Shown: one piece after another, positions 12,250 to 25,020 of the stretch
Layout: the number at the start of each line of letters is the position of its first letter
How positions within the stretch are numbered: position 1 is the stretch's first letter
DNA from: Eledone cirrhosa
Taxonomy: Eukaryota
Reading direction: 5' to 3'
Assembly: GCA_964016885.1 (NCBI GenBank)
Contig: OZ024741.1
Location: 236,530,001 to 236,594,000 of the forward strand
DNA length: 64,000 nucleotides
The notes under the pieces: generated by a model
Told to the model about the DNA's origin: nothing
The model's database searches: none
The model's input: only the letters and a program-made list of their open reading frames with translations
Program-made: the position numbers and the translations under genes

Positions 12250-12965
12250 TTGAATTCGCATCATCAGTCTGGAACCCTTATCTTGCTCAGAACATTGACC
12301 TCCTGGAAACTGTTCAGAGACGTGCAACCAAGCGCATACCCTCCATCAGACACCTACCATACTCTGAAAGCCTTGCTTCCCTGGGCATGGATTCATTGAA
12401 GCTCCGACGTCTAGCAATGGACTTGGTGAATACCCACAAAGTTATTAACCATCTCGCCAATTGCAACCCTGAGCACCTTTTTGATCTCCATGTGTCTAAC
12501 ACACGTGGACATGCCTATAAAATCAGAAAACAGCACAGCTCCCATGACTTTCGTAGACATTTTTCATGCTCAGAGTTGCTGAAGCATGGAACAAACTGCC
12601 TGCGTCAGTTGTTAGCTGCCGAGACACTGCATCCTTTAAGACACTCATGCTTCCCGAAATACGCCAAAACTACACCTGATGTACCCCTTTCATACACATG
12701 CACATGTGTGTATCATGACTCGTGCACTGTTCATTTTACTGATGTTTGTGCATTGCCCTATGTACTGTAGATGCACTTTTTGATGAGTTGTGGTACACCT
12801 GGGCACTGTACACAATATTTCATTATTGTTATTATTATTATTATTATATCATGACTCATACACTGTTCATTTTCCTGACATTTGTACATTATTCTATGTA
12901 CTATACATGCACCTTTGATGAGTTGTAGTGCACCTGAGCACTGTACACAATAATTTCATTATTAT
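12250..12965 (+). mobile_element. CR1 LINE 3' fragment plus a second 3'-UTR-only copy after its (TTA)n tail
   Basis: High similarity to 6660-7232. The 3' UTR occurs twice (about 12714-12848 and 12849-12965). Confidence 0.85.
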
Positions 12966-13106
12966 AATATAAAATACCAGTACTGGGGTCGATTTAATTA
13001 ACTTGCCTCTTCTCAAATTGATGGTCTTGTGCCTATCTTATTGTTGATGTTGCTGCTGTTATTGTTATTGTTGTTATAGTTAATTTTTTTTTTCATCTTT
13101 TTCCAG

Positions 13107-13258
13107 GTCGAAAAGAAAAAATATTCACCGATGAATTACACGAGGGAGTTATGGTTGAAACAAATCCAGAGAATTGTAATACTTTAAACAACTCTTTCTC
13201 TCCTGTTGCTGATATCTGCATGAAAAGATTCAAGCCAGAATTACAAACTACAGCAAAT
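13107..13258 (+). CDS. S1 serine protease gene A, exon 5
   Basis: TTCCAG acceptor, GTAAGT donor. Encodes RKEKIFTDELHEGVMVETNPENCNTLNNSFSPVADICMKRFKPELQTTAN. 152 nt, as in 38576-38727. Confidence 0.9.
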
Positions 13259-13949
13259 GTAAGTAAATGCAAATGGCATCCCTACATAATTATTGAGTTA
13301 TGGGAAGCCTTGTCGAAGTATGGGTGGTAGTTACATCCCATGAGCAAAAGGGGATTAACAACAATATACACTTCTTTGACAGTGTCAGTTTCTTTCTCTT
13401 TGTCTGGTCTAGGGGATAAACGTATCCTTGGCCTAGCTCAAGGTAGGCCAGAAAATTTCTGATCTGAGTCTGCGTAAGTAGAGTTTCATAGGTTTATGCC
13501 ACTAGATAAGACCGACGATTAAGACATGACTGGCAAGGTAAGTAGATTTATGTTTCCCATTTCATAAGCTATTTCATGGCCATGCGTTTTTAATTATTTA
13601 TATATGTATTTATTTTCTCTACTGTCCATTGAACGATATGTTAGCAAAAACAAGAATTGGCAGCGATGGCATCAGACTCTTCTGTGGCGACAGAGATGTG
13701 CTCGTCTGGATTTAAAAAATCAATGCAAAGAGGCAAAATATTGAAGATGTGGCGGCCTTCCCCCCATCTGAACAATACACACTAGTGACTAAAGAGAATA
13801 AAGGACTCTGTCAACAATGTTCTTTATGATATATTGTAAGATGTGGTGGTCACAGTTGGAACACCTTTGGCTATCGGTACACTCAATTAGGGATGACTTT
13901 AGGCTAAACAGCAACCTCCACAACTACTACTACTACTACTATTACTACT

Positions 13950-14399
13950 GGCATGACCATCTTCCCGTTCCGCGGTGGCAAACCCCTCGTCTGGGTTGCC
14001 ACTTGCACCAACACTTTCTGCAGCCGCAACTTGGTGCAGTCTGCGACTGACCCAGATTCTGCTGCACGTCGGGCTGAGGGGGCCAAACTCCTCAAATACC
14101 GGTTGCTCTCCGACACGTTTGCGGTCGTACTCCTGGCAGTGGAGACTTCTGGCGTCCTCGGCCCCAGGGCTACCTCCTTACTCACCACCATAGGCGCTGA
14201 GCTGGCCAGCCGCAGGTGTGAGCCCCGCGAGTTGGAGTGACTTTTCCAGCACGTCTCCCTTGTCGTCCTCCGGGGAAACGACAGGCTGTGGGTGGGCCCC
14301 ATCGTGTACCATTGTAGTTGTTGTATACAGATATTAACTCATCAAAGACAGGCATTTGTGCCTGCTATCGCATTTTAACAATACTACTACATTAAAATA

Positions 14400-14400
<1 letters not shown>
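13950..14400 (+). mobile_element. CRE-like non-LTR retrotransposon 3' fragment (restriction-like endonuclease)
   Basis: GMTIFPFRGGKPLVW.ATCTNTF...AARRAEGAKLLKY...AVETSGVLG...LFQHVSLVVLRGN matches the CRE-type RLE C-terminus. Flanked by (TAC)n on both sides. Confidence 0.72.
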
Positions 14401-14586
<186 letters not shown>

Positions 14587-14616
14587 TGTTTTTGTGTTGT
14601 ATTTTTTTCTCTTCAG

Positions 14617-14796
14617 GGTGATTCTGGTGCTGGGTTGTTTTGCTACAGCAAGGCCAGGAATATGTATGTATTGACAGGGGTCAACTCTGGAGGTATTGGT
14701 CTGGATATCACAGTATTTAGTAAAGTGTTGTTCTACACAGATTGGATTAAGTCTATCTATCAGTTGCAGAAGAATGGTGTCCTTGACAAAAACTGA
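14617..14796 (+). CDS. S1 serine protease gene A, last exon (catalytic Ser, GDSGAG)
   Basis: CTTCAG acceptor, phase 0. Encodes GDSGAGLFCYSKARNMYVLTGVNSGGIGLDITVFSKVLFYTDWIKSIYQLQKNGVLDKN*. Confidence 0.92.
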   Translation, partial: GDSGAGLFCYSKARNMYVLTGVNSGGIGLDITVFSKVLFYTDWIKSIYQLQKNGVLDKN

Positions 14797-15014
14797 TCTA
14801 TTACTCATTAGATCTTAATTAACCTGATAATCAACATATTGTAATTTTCCAAATTATCATTCAATCTTAATTATCTTGATTATGATTAAATTATCTCAAT
14901 TAACTACTTCATCATTGCCTTTCTTTTGTTTCTTTTGTTAATATTATATAAACATTATTTACTTTCTTCTTTATGTCATTTCTTAGATACATAGCTGCGT
15001 CTTGTCAATGTGAG

Positions 15015-15185
15015 CTCCACTGACTGGAGCTAAGCTCAAAATGCAATGAGAGGAGCTAAGTTCTAACTGCTCTGAGTGGAGTTAAGTTTAAATTGCATTC
15101 AGTAAGTTAAGCTTACACAGCAATTAAGCTCAAACAGCACTCAGAGGAACTAAGTTTATGATTCAGTTTAAATTGCTAGCTCAAC
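15015..15185. repeat. Degenerate ~24-bp minisatellite
   Basis: Recurring GAGCTAAGCTCAAA-like units. Confidence 0.5.
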
Positions 15186-15963
15186 TATACCATCATAAAT
15201 TATTTTTAATGTCCCCTACTGCAACAAATGTGGTGTACAACAAAGTCTGCTTATATGACCCATGCTGTAACATCTGTGGTGTATAACAAGGTGTAGTTAT
15301 ATGACCCAATACCAGAACATCTTTACTAGCATTTATCAAGCAACTATTTAACAAAGGATATGAATAAGAAAGAAATAGTTATATAATGATCATATGTGGA
15401 TAGTATGGTAATATGTATAGAATAGATATGTTGGTTATTTAGTTGTTATGACAATAACAATGTTGTTAGAAGAGATAACATGAATATAAGGAATATAAGA
15501 ATATTAAGAATACTAGGAATAAATGATTTGGTTATATATTTTACTGCACGTGAATTAAAAGGTACAATAAACAAGTTACCATAAGTTGCAAAGATTGACA
15601 ATATTATTTTGTCAGGCTGTTGTAGTCTGCTGTTGCTGTTGGTGTTAAAACAGCGAGTTACAGATAATTGTTGTCCGTGGTAGTAGTTGAGACCTTAGTA
15701 AGAGGGATGAGATATGGTTCGTATATCTCCGAATGGTCTGTAGTAACTGTGAACTACCGTGGCTTGTACATGGTATGTAGTAATAGAGGTTCCAATCTCT
15801 GTGTGTGTATCTGTAGACTTCATGGGGTCTGTTGAATAGTGGTGAATCTTTACATAGCTTGTTCTGTAGTGGGATGTCTCTGGCTGTAGACCACTGGGGG
15901 TCTATTGATAGCAGTAAATCCTTACATATTTAGTTGTATATCCTATCGCTTCAATGTCTCTGT

Positions 15964-16049
15964 CTGGAATGGCTTGTACATGATCTGTATATAGCTGTCA
16001 CTTCCTGGAATGGCTTGTACATGGTCTGTATATAGCTGTCACTTCCTGG
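15964..16049. repeat. Tandem duplication of about 41 bp
   Basis: CTGGAATGGCTTGTACATG.TCTGTATATAGCTGTCACTTC occurs twice. Confidence 0.8.
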
Positions 16050-16111
16050 GATAAGGGTATAAGATGAACAGAAACAATGAGGTCATTAACCATTCATCTT
16101 TTAATATTGTA

Positions 16112-16600
16112 AACTGCCCAGATATTATTATTAAAGATTCTAAACGGCGGTGGATTGGCAGTATCGGTAGAGAGTCGGACGCCATGCTTTCCAGCATAGT
16201 TACGTCCCTTTACCATCTGAGTTCAAATCCCGCCGAGGTTGACTTTGCCTTTCATCCTTACGGGGTCGATAAAATAAAGTACCAGTAATGCACTGGGTAA
16301 TTGCTGGCCTGGTGCCTAAAGTAGAAACAATTATTAAAGATTCTAAAAGCAAGACCTGCTTACTCATTGACATGGCTGTACCGACTGATAGAAATGTGTC
16401 AGTAAAAGTGTATGAAACTCTTGCAAAGTAAAAAGATCTTGAAATTGAGATAAGCAGAATGTGGCACCTTAAAACCTAGGTGTCATAAAGAAAGGTTTTC
16501 AAAAGTTCCTAGAAAGCAAACCTTGTAAACCTATCATCTATGAAATCTAAAAGATAGCTTTAACAAGTAACACCCACATGCTTCATAAATTTGTTATCTC
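16112..16600 (+). mobile_element. Old R4-like RLE-domain remnant interrupted by a SINE
   Basis: PDIIIKDSK|SKTCLLIDMAVPTDRNVSVK...DLEIEISRMWHL, split by the SINE at 16145-16329. Confidence 0.6.
16145..16329 (+). mobile_element. Full-length tRNA-derived SINE with 18-bp TSD
   Basis: A box TGGCAGTATCGG, B box GAGTTCAAATCC, central GCCTTTCATCCTTACGGGGTCGATAAAATAAAGTACCAGT. TSD ATTATTAAAGATTCTAAA at 16127-16144 and 16330-16347. Confidence 0.9.
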
Positions 16601-16951
16601 TGTAATATATGTCAATGCACAATCTTTTCAGTTTAAAATTCATAGTAAATATAATTGATATTTAAAACCATTCAAATATCCTCAATGCAAAATTAATTCA
16701 TATCTTTTGTACTCTTTCATACTTTTTATCCCCCCCTACCTTTCTATACTTATTTTCTCAATTTGTTTTACCTATCAACTTTTGTGATGTGACTTGTTAA
16801 GTGAATGAGAGGATAGAACAATAAATATCCCGGCCAAAAAGCTATTAAAAAATGTCAAAACCAACAATCCGTGCACTAAGTATCTCATTGATAGGTGATA
16901 GGTGATAGGTGATAGTCATTGTATAACAAAGTAAAATCAAAGGAAAAATAC

Positions 16952-19530
16952 AATAATAATAATAATAATAATTACTTTATTGACCAGAAGGGCCAAAGCA
17001 TGTAGGACAATACAAAAAGAGAGACAGCGTGGGGGGGGGAGGGGGTTTACAAAACATTTGGTACAAAGAAAAGATGACAACAAAGTATATATAACAATGA
17101 ATTTCTCCAATAGGAGGTGGGGAATACCACCCAGGACTGACTCAGGAACCCCATCTATCTGAAGAGCATCTGAGGAGAGCATCTTCTTTCCAAATTATCC
17201 AGCTTACAGGTGCATGGTCGGAATAGGCCCATTCACACGGGACATCCTTGCTACATTCACGCATCTTTAACAGATGTACTCAGTGGGGAGGAGGGCAGAA
17301 CTTCCTCTCCATCCTCACCTTCCTTTCCAAGTGGAACTTGAAAAAGTTGATGAGGGCTTGGCTAAAGAGGAAAGTGTTTGTCTTCAGTCTTTTCAACCGT
17401 GTCCACCACACAACCTTTTTCACCACAGCCACCTGGCAGAGGAAAACTGCCTGCCCTTCCTGACCAAAAGAAGGCATTGGGGTGATCTTCACAGACTAGG
17501 TTGATAGCTGGATCTGTCCGACATTCAATAATAGCTGTTTGACAAAACTCCATAAGTCGGTAATGCATAGACATTGGATGAGTGTATGCAGAATGGTTTC
17601 GTCACTCTGTACACATCTTGGACAGGTCCGTCTGACCGTGGTTGAGAGAGTCACCAGCAAGACTGCCTGCAACACAAAGGACAAGCTGAAGCAGTGTATC
17701 TGCCAGGTATTTGAAGATTTGTCAGTCTAAAGGCTTCACTATTGCTCATGTCCAGGATCACCAATGGGTTCAGGAAGATCATCTATATCTCAAGATCCAG
17801 GCCTTACCTAAACAGCTACCATTCCACCTCCCATTCCAGGCTGACTAAGAGATGTGAAGATCTCATAGTCATCAAAAATGGGGACTAGTGTGTGTTGGAA
17901 ATCCTGGTCTCAATGACTGCAGTAACATCCATATCTGAGCCTGAGGTCGTTCAGCAAGTAACCTTGCTTCCAGGATGACCCCAGGCCACAGACATTTATG
18001 CATCCTACTCTGATAATAGCCATGTTGACTGGTCAGTTAAGAGTGCTGTTGGAGATTGGCTGGTTTGACCTCCATATTTGGTGGGGTTTCCTTTGGGAAC
18101 CCCTTTAAAAGCCTACTGTCGTTTTAATAGGGTTGATGGTGGTTGTGTTGCCAGTTGGGGTGGTGGTGTTGTTTCAGATGTGTGGGTGTGTATTTTGTGT
18201 TTTCTGGAGTGGTTGTTGGTGTCTGGCAGGAAGTGCTGTCTGAATTTTTGTGTGAGTGCTTTTTTTTTTTAGTTCTTTTTGGTTTGTGTGTTTCCTCTTC
18301 TTCTTCACTGGGAGAAAAGGTGGTGCATACATCTGATAATGGTGGGGTGCAAGTATATTTGTGGCTTTGTGTTTAGAGTGGGTGGAGAATGGGAGGGAGA
18401 AGGAGAGAGAGAGCTTTCTTTATAAACCCCCTGTGGTTTTGCTGGTGGTGTTGTTGATTTTGTTGTTGCTGTTGAGGTTCCGGTGTCGGCAGCAAGGGGA
18501 CACTGTGTTTCCCATCTTCTGTTGAGAGCATAAGGTTCTTAGGTGTCTGGTTATCCCACAAAAATGACAGGGGTGCATTTTGCCCTCAAATATGACCCTT
18601 AGTTCCACGCCACCTGGAAGGCAAACTAAATCTAGGATTTTTTCAATCTTCCCTGGTCTTCTTTACCAGTTCTCCTTCCTGGTCCTCTTTACCTCAAGGA
18701 GTGTTTAGCTTTCCTCTAGCAATATGTATGCTAGGATCCACCAGATGTCTATTTCTGGCAGGATCCCAGCAATGCGGATCTTCATTTTTCTTCTTCCTAT
18801 ATGAGAGGGGAAACAAAATAAATTGGTTTGTTTTGCAGGAAACCACAAAGTACTTTTTAGCAAAGGCCTCACTATTGAAGAGCCCTGAGATGTTCCCAGA
18901 CTGCTTGGCCCTTGCCATATGTTGACTGTCTGGCATTAAGCCATTCAGAGCTGCCTCCTCTTGGGATGGTGGTTATAGCTCCAGCTTTTTGCATTTAATG
19001 CCAATATATCTGTACATCAGAGTTTTTCTCTCTGTGGCTGCCAACAGCTCAGGAAAACCCTTATGTTGGCCCAGGTTTTATTAACTTTGATTTGTTTGGC
19101 TGCTTGAGCCAAACATTCGTCTCTCCTAGTGATGTCCATATTAAATAGTTCTGAGATTTTCAAAGCCATATCTGTGAATGTGATTTTGTTGTTATTGTTG
19201 CTGTTGCTGTCTTTGCTATTGTTTCTGTCGTTGTTGTAGCTGTTGCTAGTGCTGCTGCTGTTGTTTTTATTGTTGTTGCCATTGTTGTTGCTGTTGTCGT
19301 CGTTGTCGTCGTTGTTGTAGTTGTTGGTGTCGTCGTTGCCGTTGTTGTTGCTTTTGCTGTTTTTGTTGTCGTTGTCATTGTTGCTGCTGCTGTTCTTGTT
19401 GTTAGCAATGGTAGACTTGTTGTCTGTAGTGCTGGTAGTGGTAACGCCGATGGTGATAGTGGTAACGCTGGTGATGTTGGTAATGGTGGTGGTAGTGGTA
19501 ACGCCGGTGATGTTCGTGATGGTGGAGGTT
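16952..19530 (-). mobile_element. Degraded, internally deleted Tx1-clade LINE (older relative of the 26 kb and 40 kb elements)
   Basis: ORF1 remnants (N/S-rich start, CHFCGITRHLRTLC knuckle), ORF2 start MAIIRVGCINVCGLGSSWKQG near 18023, C-terminal CPRCVQSDETILH and FFKFHLERK. (TTA)n tail at 16952-16972. Confidence 0.82.
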
Positions 19531-19532
19531 GT

Positions 19533-19875
19533 AATAATAATAATAATAATGAAATTATTGTGTAAAGTGCTCAGGTGCACTACAACTCGTCAATATAGTA
19601 CATAGAATAATACACAAATGTCAGGGAAGTACATGTTTGTATGTGTTAGCTGTTCTGTTGGCGGATCTCGGGAAGCATGGAGGCCTTAAAGGATGCAGCG
19701 TTTCGACAGCTAACAACTGATGCAGGTAGTTTGTTCCATGCTTCAGCAACTCTGAGCGTGAAAAAATGTTTCCGAAAGTCATGGGAACTGTGCTGTTTTC
19801 TTACTTTGTGGGCATGTCCACGTGTGTTAGACACATGGAAATCGAAAAGGTACTCAGGGTTGTTGTTGGCAACAT
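19533..19875 (-). mobile_element. CR1 LINE 3' fragment
   Basis: TRGHAHKVRKQHSSHDFRKHFFTLRVAEAWNKLP plus the same 3' UTR and (ATT)n tail as 4500-7232. Confidence 0.85.
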
Positions 19876-20096
19876 GACACTAGGGTCAACCTTTCAGTTG
19901 CTGTCACTCGACAGCTAGCTCAAAGTGGGGAGGGGGCGATCTTGTAGACATGAAACAATAAAATGAAAGTTCAAATATGGCATCCTATTGACAGTTTTAA
20001 AGAAAAAATCCAACAAATTACACTTCAAAATAACTTAAAACAACAAACCTTCCGGAGCTGATATTAAACCGACTATCATGAATAAAAAAACAAAAT

Positions 20097-20585
20097 AATA
20101 ATTGTTTCTAGTTTTGGCACAAGGCCAACAATTACCCAGTGTATTACTGGTACTTTATTTTATCAACCCCATAAGGATGAAAGGCAAAGTTAACCTCGGC
20201 GGGATTTGAACTCACAATGTAATGGGCTATATGTCTGTGCCACGAAGCAGGGTGTCCGACGCTCTACCGACACTGCAATAATAATAATTCAACTATAGGC
20301 ACAAGGGCAGCAATTTTTTAAGGGGAGAGGAAATTCAATTGAATCGACCCCAGTGTGTTACTGGTACTTTATTTTATCGACCCGCTAAGGATGAAATGCA
20401 AAACAAACCTCGGGGAATGATGATGATAACGATGATGATAATTTAGGCACAAGGCCAGCAAAGTTGATTAAATCAACCCTAATACTGAATTGGTACTTTA
20501 TTTTATCAACCTCGAAAAAGCAAAGTTGACCTCGGGGAGATTTGAACTCAGATTGTAAAGGGCTTGTAAAGTATTTTGTCCGATA
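20097..20585 (-). mobile_element. Cluster of three tRNA-derived SINE copies
   Basis: Reverse complements of the 16145-16329 SINE at about 20097-20275, 20285-20415 and 20440-20585. Confidence 0.8.
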
Positions 20586-20822
20586 TTATAGCTCCCGCTA
20601 GGATTAGAACTACCGTCACCTCCCACCCAACTCTAATAACCATTCTGAAATGTTGTCCCGTTGCATCAAACATTGCACCAAACATTGTAAGGGAGACAAT
20701 CCTTTTTTTAGAGTTGTCTTTCTTGTCACTGAAAATGAAGATCGGAAAGTTTGAAGGTCTTTGCGAGGTCAGATATTTCCATTGCTACCCAAAGTCAAAT
20801 AAATAAAGATTTTGTCCAGGGA

Positions 20823-20876
<54 letters not shown>

Positions 20877-21001
20877 AAGATGCAAGTCCCCAGCCCAACT
20901 GATAGTTTAGTAGCTCTGCTTGAGTACTGGCTCAATCTGTGAAGACTTTGCTAGTAGGGAAAATGAATGTTAAATCATGATGATGATGATGATGATGATG
21001 A

Positions 21002-21004
<3 letters not shown>

Positions 21005-21071
<67 letters not shown>

Positions 21072-21082
21072 CTATACATACA

Positions 21083-21136
<54 letters not shown>
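21005..21136. repeat. (TA)n microsatellite
   Basis: Direct reading. Abuts the Penelope-like element. Confidence 0.95.
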
Positions 21137-21138
<2 letters not shown>

Positions 21139-23300
21139 CCGGCACTGCTTAACAAAGCATTAACCCTAGCCAGCACCAGCTCTGACATAACTAATAACGA
21201 GATTGACATCATACTTATGGCTAGGCGGACCATCATTGAATTCAATGGCTCATTCTGGACTAGAAAGGACAGAACAGACAACTTCGACATCACTATTATG
21301 GGCTCAAGCGACTCTGCGCAAATCACCGATTTAGTTGGAATCTACCTATTACATAACATCAGAGCTGAAATCCAACCCTTTCAAGGCGGAATATATAGGA
21401 ACGACGCCCTATTTGCAGTCCACAATTGCACTAATCGAGACATTGACTTGCTCAAAAAACAATTACATAGATTTTTTTTTTAAATTACGGTCTCTCTATC
21501 ACCATCGAACCGAACCATAAGGTAGTAAACTTCCTGGATGTTACTCTAGATCTTAACAATAACTTATATTACCCTTATCATAAACCAGGTGAAATACTTA
21601 CATATATTAGCCCACACTCTAACCACCCACCGGCAGTCATCAAATCTATCTCGTATAGGATCTCCAAGCTATCGGCAAATGAGGAGATATTTATAAACCA
21701 TGCAGCATATTATAATAAGGCTCTTTCTGAATCTGGTTATGAACAGTCCATTTACTACACACCCAAATGCCATAACATAGAACTTCACCACAACCATAAT
21801 AAATTTAACACTAGAACTAGAAATACTTTAGCATGTAGCCAGATATGCCGGAATTTTAGCAGAGAACCATAATGGCGGCAGAGGCCTACTTCCCACTCCT
21901 AGTAGCAGACTCAGAATCAACCCTAGAATAGGAATGAGCAATGGGATGACAAAAAACAAACGCCCAGGTAATAATAACCCCATGAAGGCCCCTGCCAACT
22001 CCACTAAAAATCCTAGAAGGAATAGGCCTAAAAATATCACTAAACGCTTATTCTCTATCCTATATAAACATCCCCCTAAAACTCTTTAATAAAAACAACA
22101 TTAAAATCTCATTCTCCACAACACCTAACCTAGCTAGCCACATTGCATTCAGTAACCATCATAAACTAAGAGAGTATAACCCCCACACCACGGTACCCGC
22201 CTCTCAAATACACCACGCCACTACACCAATACTTACTCTAGTAGCATACCTCCCCCATCTAATCCTTCTAGCACACACCAGCCGCATAGTTTAAACAACC
22301 CTACCCTCACTAACCGCAGCAGTAATTGCAATTGCCGCTACCCTAACGCATACCCACTAAACGGACAATACCTTACACCCAATATAGTATATAGGTGCAC
22401 AGTTAAAACAGCATCACATACCAGCTCCTATATTGGCTCTACCTCTAACCCTTTTAAGGAACGCTATAATGCGCACTCATTTTCCTTCCGAGACCCTAGC
22501 AATAGATGTTCAACATCTCTAGCTAGGCTCATTAAAAACCTTAAATTAACCAACACTGAACACTCACTAACATGGGATATCTTGGCTAGATCCCAAGCGT
22601 TTAATGGACGAAGAAACTCTTGTGATCTATGTCTTACCGAGGCCTATTACATAACTCTATCAAGACCTCTACCGATTAACGATAGAAACGAGATAACTAT
22701 TAGCTATCAACATCTAAGGGCAAATTCCTTCGCCAACAGAATATTCGACCCAACATAGTCATCTAATCTCACTTTTACTTATAGCTAACATGTTAAATAT
22801 TTAACCTAGACTTAGATAATTATAAGTTACCTCCCCTACACTGTCTCTCACTTAAGCTCATTAGCACTTCTTAGCTATAAATCACCTACAATTTCTAAAT
22901 TCTCAAGGAGTTACTTCCCTTGAAACCCGTCTCTAATTAGTAAGGTAAATATGTCCTTAGGTGGCCATCTTGTTACGCATAGGCAGATCTCGCTTAATAC
23001 AGTCTCGACAGAAGAATAATGCTTGCCTATAGCAAATAATAGATAGACCCAGGATACAATCGTGAAATACCAATATATGGAATATTACATTCATGTAACC
23101 ATCTTTCTTTACCTTACTTTATATTCCTTATTCCATCGTACCTTTATCAATATTTTCATTATCTCTTTTGAAGTTCTGAAGAGCAGCTCCATAATTTTTA
23201 CCTAAGTTAATTATCTTCATCTGAATCAGATCAATAATGATCTATAATCATTTGATCTAGAAACATTATATGGAGTAGCGAAACAATTTTGTAAACAGAC
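21137..23300 (+). mobile_element. Penelope-like retroelement, 5'-truncated and degraded (RT + GIY-YIG; CxC linker suggests Naiad type)
   Basis: RT motifs [35 protein letters not shown]. Linker and endonuclease CNCRYPNAYPLNGQYLTPNIVYRCTV...YIGSTSNPFKERYNAH...STSLA. Hammerhead motif at the 3' end. Confidence 0.85.
23173..23296 (+). ncRNA. Type I hammerhead ribozyme motif with long stem II
   Basis: GTT-CTGAAGA(23176-82)-GC.GCTCCATA...TATGGAGT.GC-GAAA(23280-83)-CAA-TT-TTG-TA-AAC. Confidence 0.7.
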
Positions 23301-23314
23301 ATTATTATTATTAA

Positions 23315-23387
23315 TAAAGTACCAGTAATACACTGGATAATTGCTGGCCTTGTGCCAAAAGTAGAAACAATTATTATTATTATTGTT
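23315..23387 (+). mobile_element. 3' fragment of the tRNA-derived SINE with (ATT)n tail
   Basis: AATAAAGTACCAGTAATACACTGGATAATTGCTGGCCTTGTGCCAAAAGTAGAAACA(ATT)n. Confidence 0.8.
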
Positions 23388-24928
23388 CTTTGAGTCTCAG
23401 TCATTGATGTTATTTAACTGGAAAGTTTGTTGAAATGAATATCAAGTCATTACCTGTAGCCTCAGATATTCAGGACGTATTGGAGGGTTCTTTCTGTTCC
23501 CAGCAAGCATGCCTTTTGAAGTGTTCCAAAAAGCGGGGCGGGGCCAATTTTCTTTAACCATCCTTGGAAACTCTTTGAGATAGTACCTAGTGCGCCTATG
23601 ACAATCGGGACCACTTTGACCTCATGGCAGTTCCAAATCCTTTTTACCTCCCACTTTAAGTCCTGGTATCGGTTAATTTTCTCCCTCTCCTTCTCTTGCA
23701 TTCTCGTGTCGAATGGGCAGGCTACATCCACAATCAGGCACGATCTTTTTCCCTTGTACAAAACCACCAGGTCAGGTCTATTGTGTTCCAGTTTCTTGTC
23801 CGTCTGTATCCTAAAATCCCACAGCACCTTCACCTGATCGTTTTCTATCACCGACTCTGGCTCATACCACTTCTCAGAATGTGGTAAATTGTTTACTTTG
23901 CATAGATGCCAGTGGATCACCCTGCCCATCACATCATGTCTCCAGCCTTTATAGTGAGTCTGGGCTAGGTGTTTACACTCGGATACAATGTGAGCCACAG
24001 TCTCCTCTCTCTCTCCACAGATCCTTCACAGTAGGCTAGCCTCCTCCTTGTAAATATGGTGTTTCAGCCACTTCGTTTTGAGGGCCTGCTCTTGCGCAGC
24101 CATTAGCATTCCTTCTGTAGCCTTTTTAAGGTCTCCTCTTTTCAACCAGTTCCATGTCTGTGGATCTCTGAATTCAGTTTTCTCAAAGAAGGTACTATGA
24201 AGGGATTTTTCATGAAGGCTGCTCTTTCTCCTTGTTGTTATTTCCTCCTTGGACATTCCCTGGTCTAATGTCCTCTCCTTCAGTACAATTCTGAGCATTG
24301 GCTCCCTACTATCAGTCACGTATTTGTGTAGGTTGTTTTTCTCCATCTGAACACAGTCCTCTATGCTGATAAGACCTCTTCCACCTTCAGATCTCCTTAA
24401 GTAGAGTCTATCGACATCACTCCTCTTGTGGAACATGTTGTAGATAGTCAATAGCTTCCTAGTCTTCCTATCCATTTCTTTTTGTTCAGCAACATTCCAT
24501 CTCAGAATTCCCGCACTGTACCTAATAATAGACAGCTCGGGAATGTACTGCACTGATGGCATTCCTACTGTTCAGATGTGACTTCAATACGCTCCTTACT
24601 CTCCGAATGTATTCAGATCTTATCAATTCCTTCATTTTTTGTTCTTGATGTCATCAGCCTCCAGAACACCCAAATACTTGTATCCCTCTTCAGTGTCAAT
24701 TTCCTTTATCATCTCACCTGTTGGTACTTGGATTCCGTTACTTCTGCTCAATTTACCCCTCTTCATCACAAGGACTCCACACTTACTAATACCAAATTAC
24801 ATACATATATCATTGCTGAAAATACAGACAGTGTCAACAAGCACATCCAACTCCTTCTCACTCTTCCCGAAGAGCTTAAGATCGTCCATGAAGAGGTGAT
24901 TGATGGTAAGCTCTCCCTTTCCCAACTT

Positions 24929-24930
<2 letters not shown>
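23388..24930 (-). mobile_element. R4/Dong-clade non-LTR retrotransposon, 5'-truncated copy 1
   Basis: RT end (FMDDLK), CCHC region and RLE (WDFRIQTDKKLEHNRPD...DVACP...EKINRY). Closely matches 45878-47435. Confidence 0.88.
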
Positions 24931-25008
<78 letters not shown>

Positions 25009-25020
25009 GTTATTGTTATT

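Noticed and set aside
16145-16329. tRNA gene suggested by A and B boxes
   Set aside because: No cloverleaf, multi-copy, with tail and TSD. It is a SINE.
19017-19605. Asn/Thr-rich and Leu/Val-rich ORFs as host proteins
   Set aside because: Low-complexity start of a decayed Tx1 ORF1 and its antisense frames.
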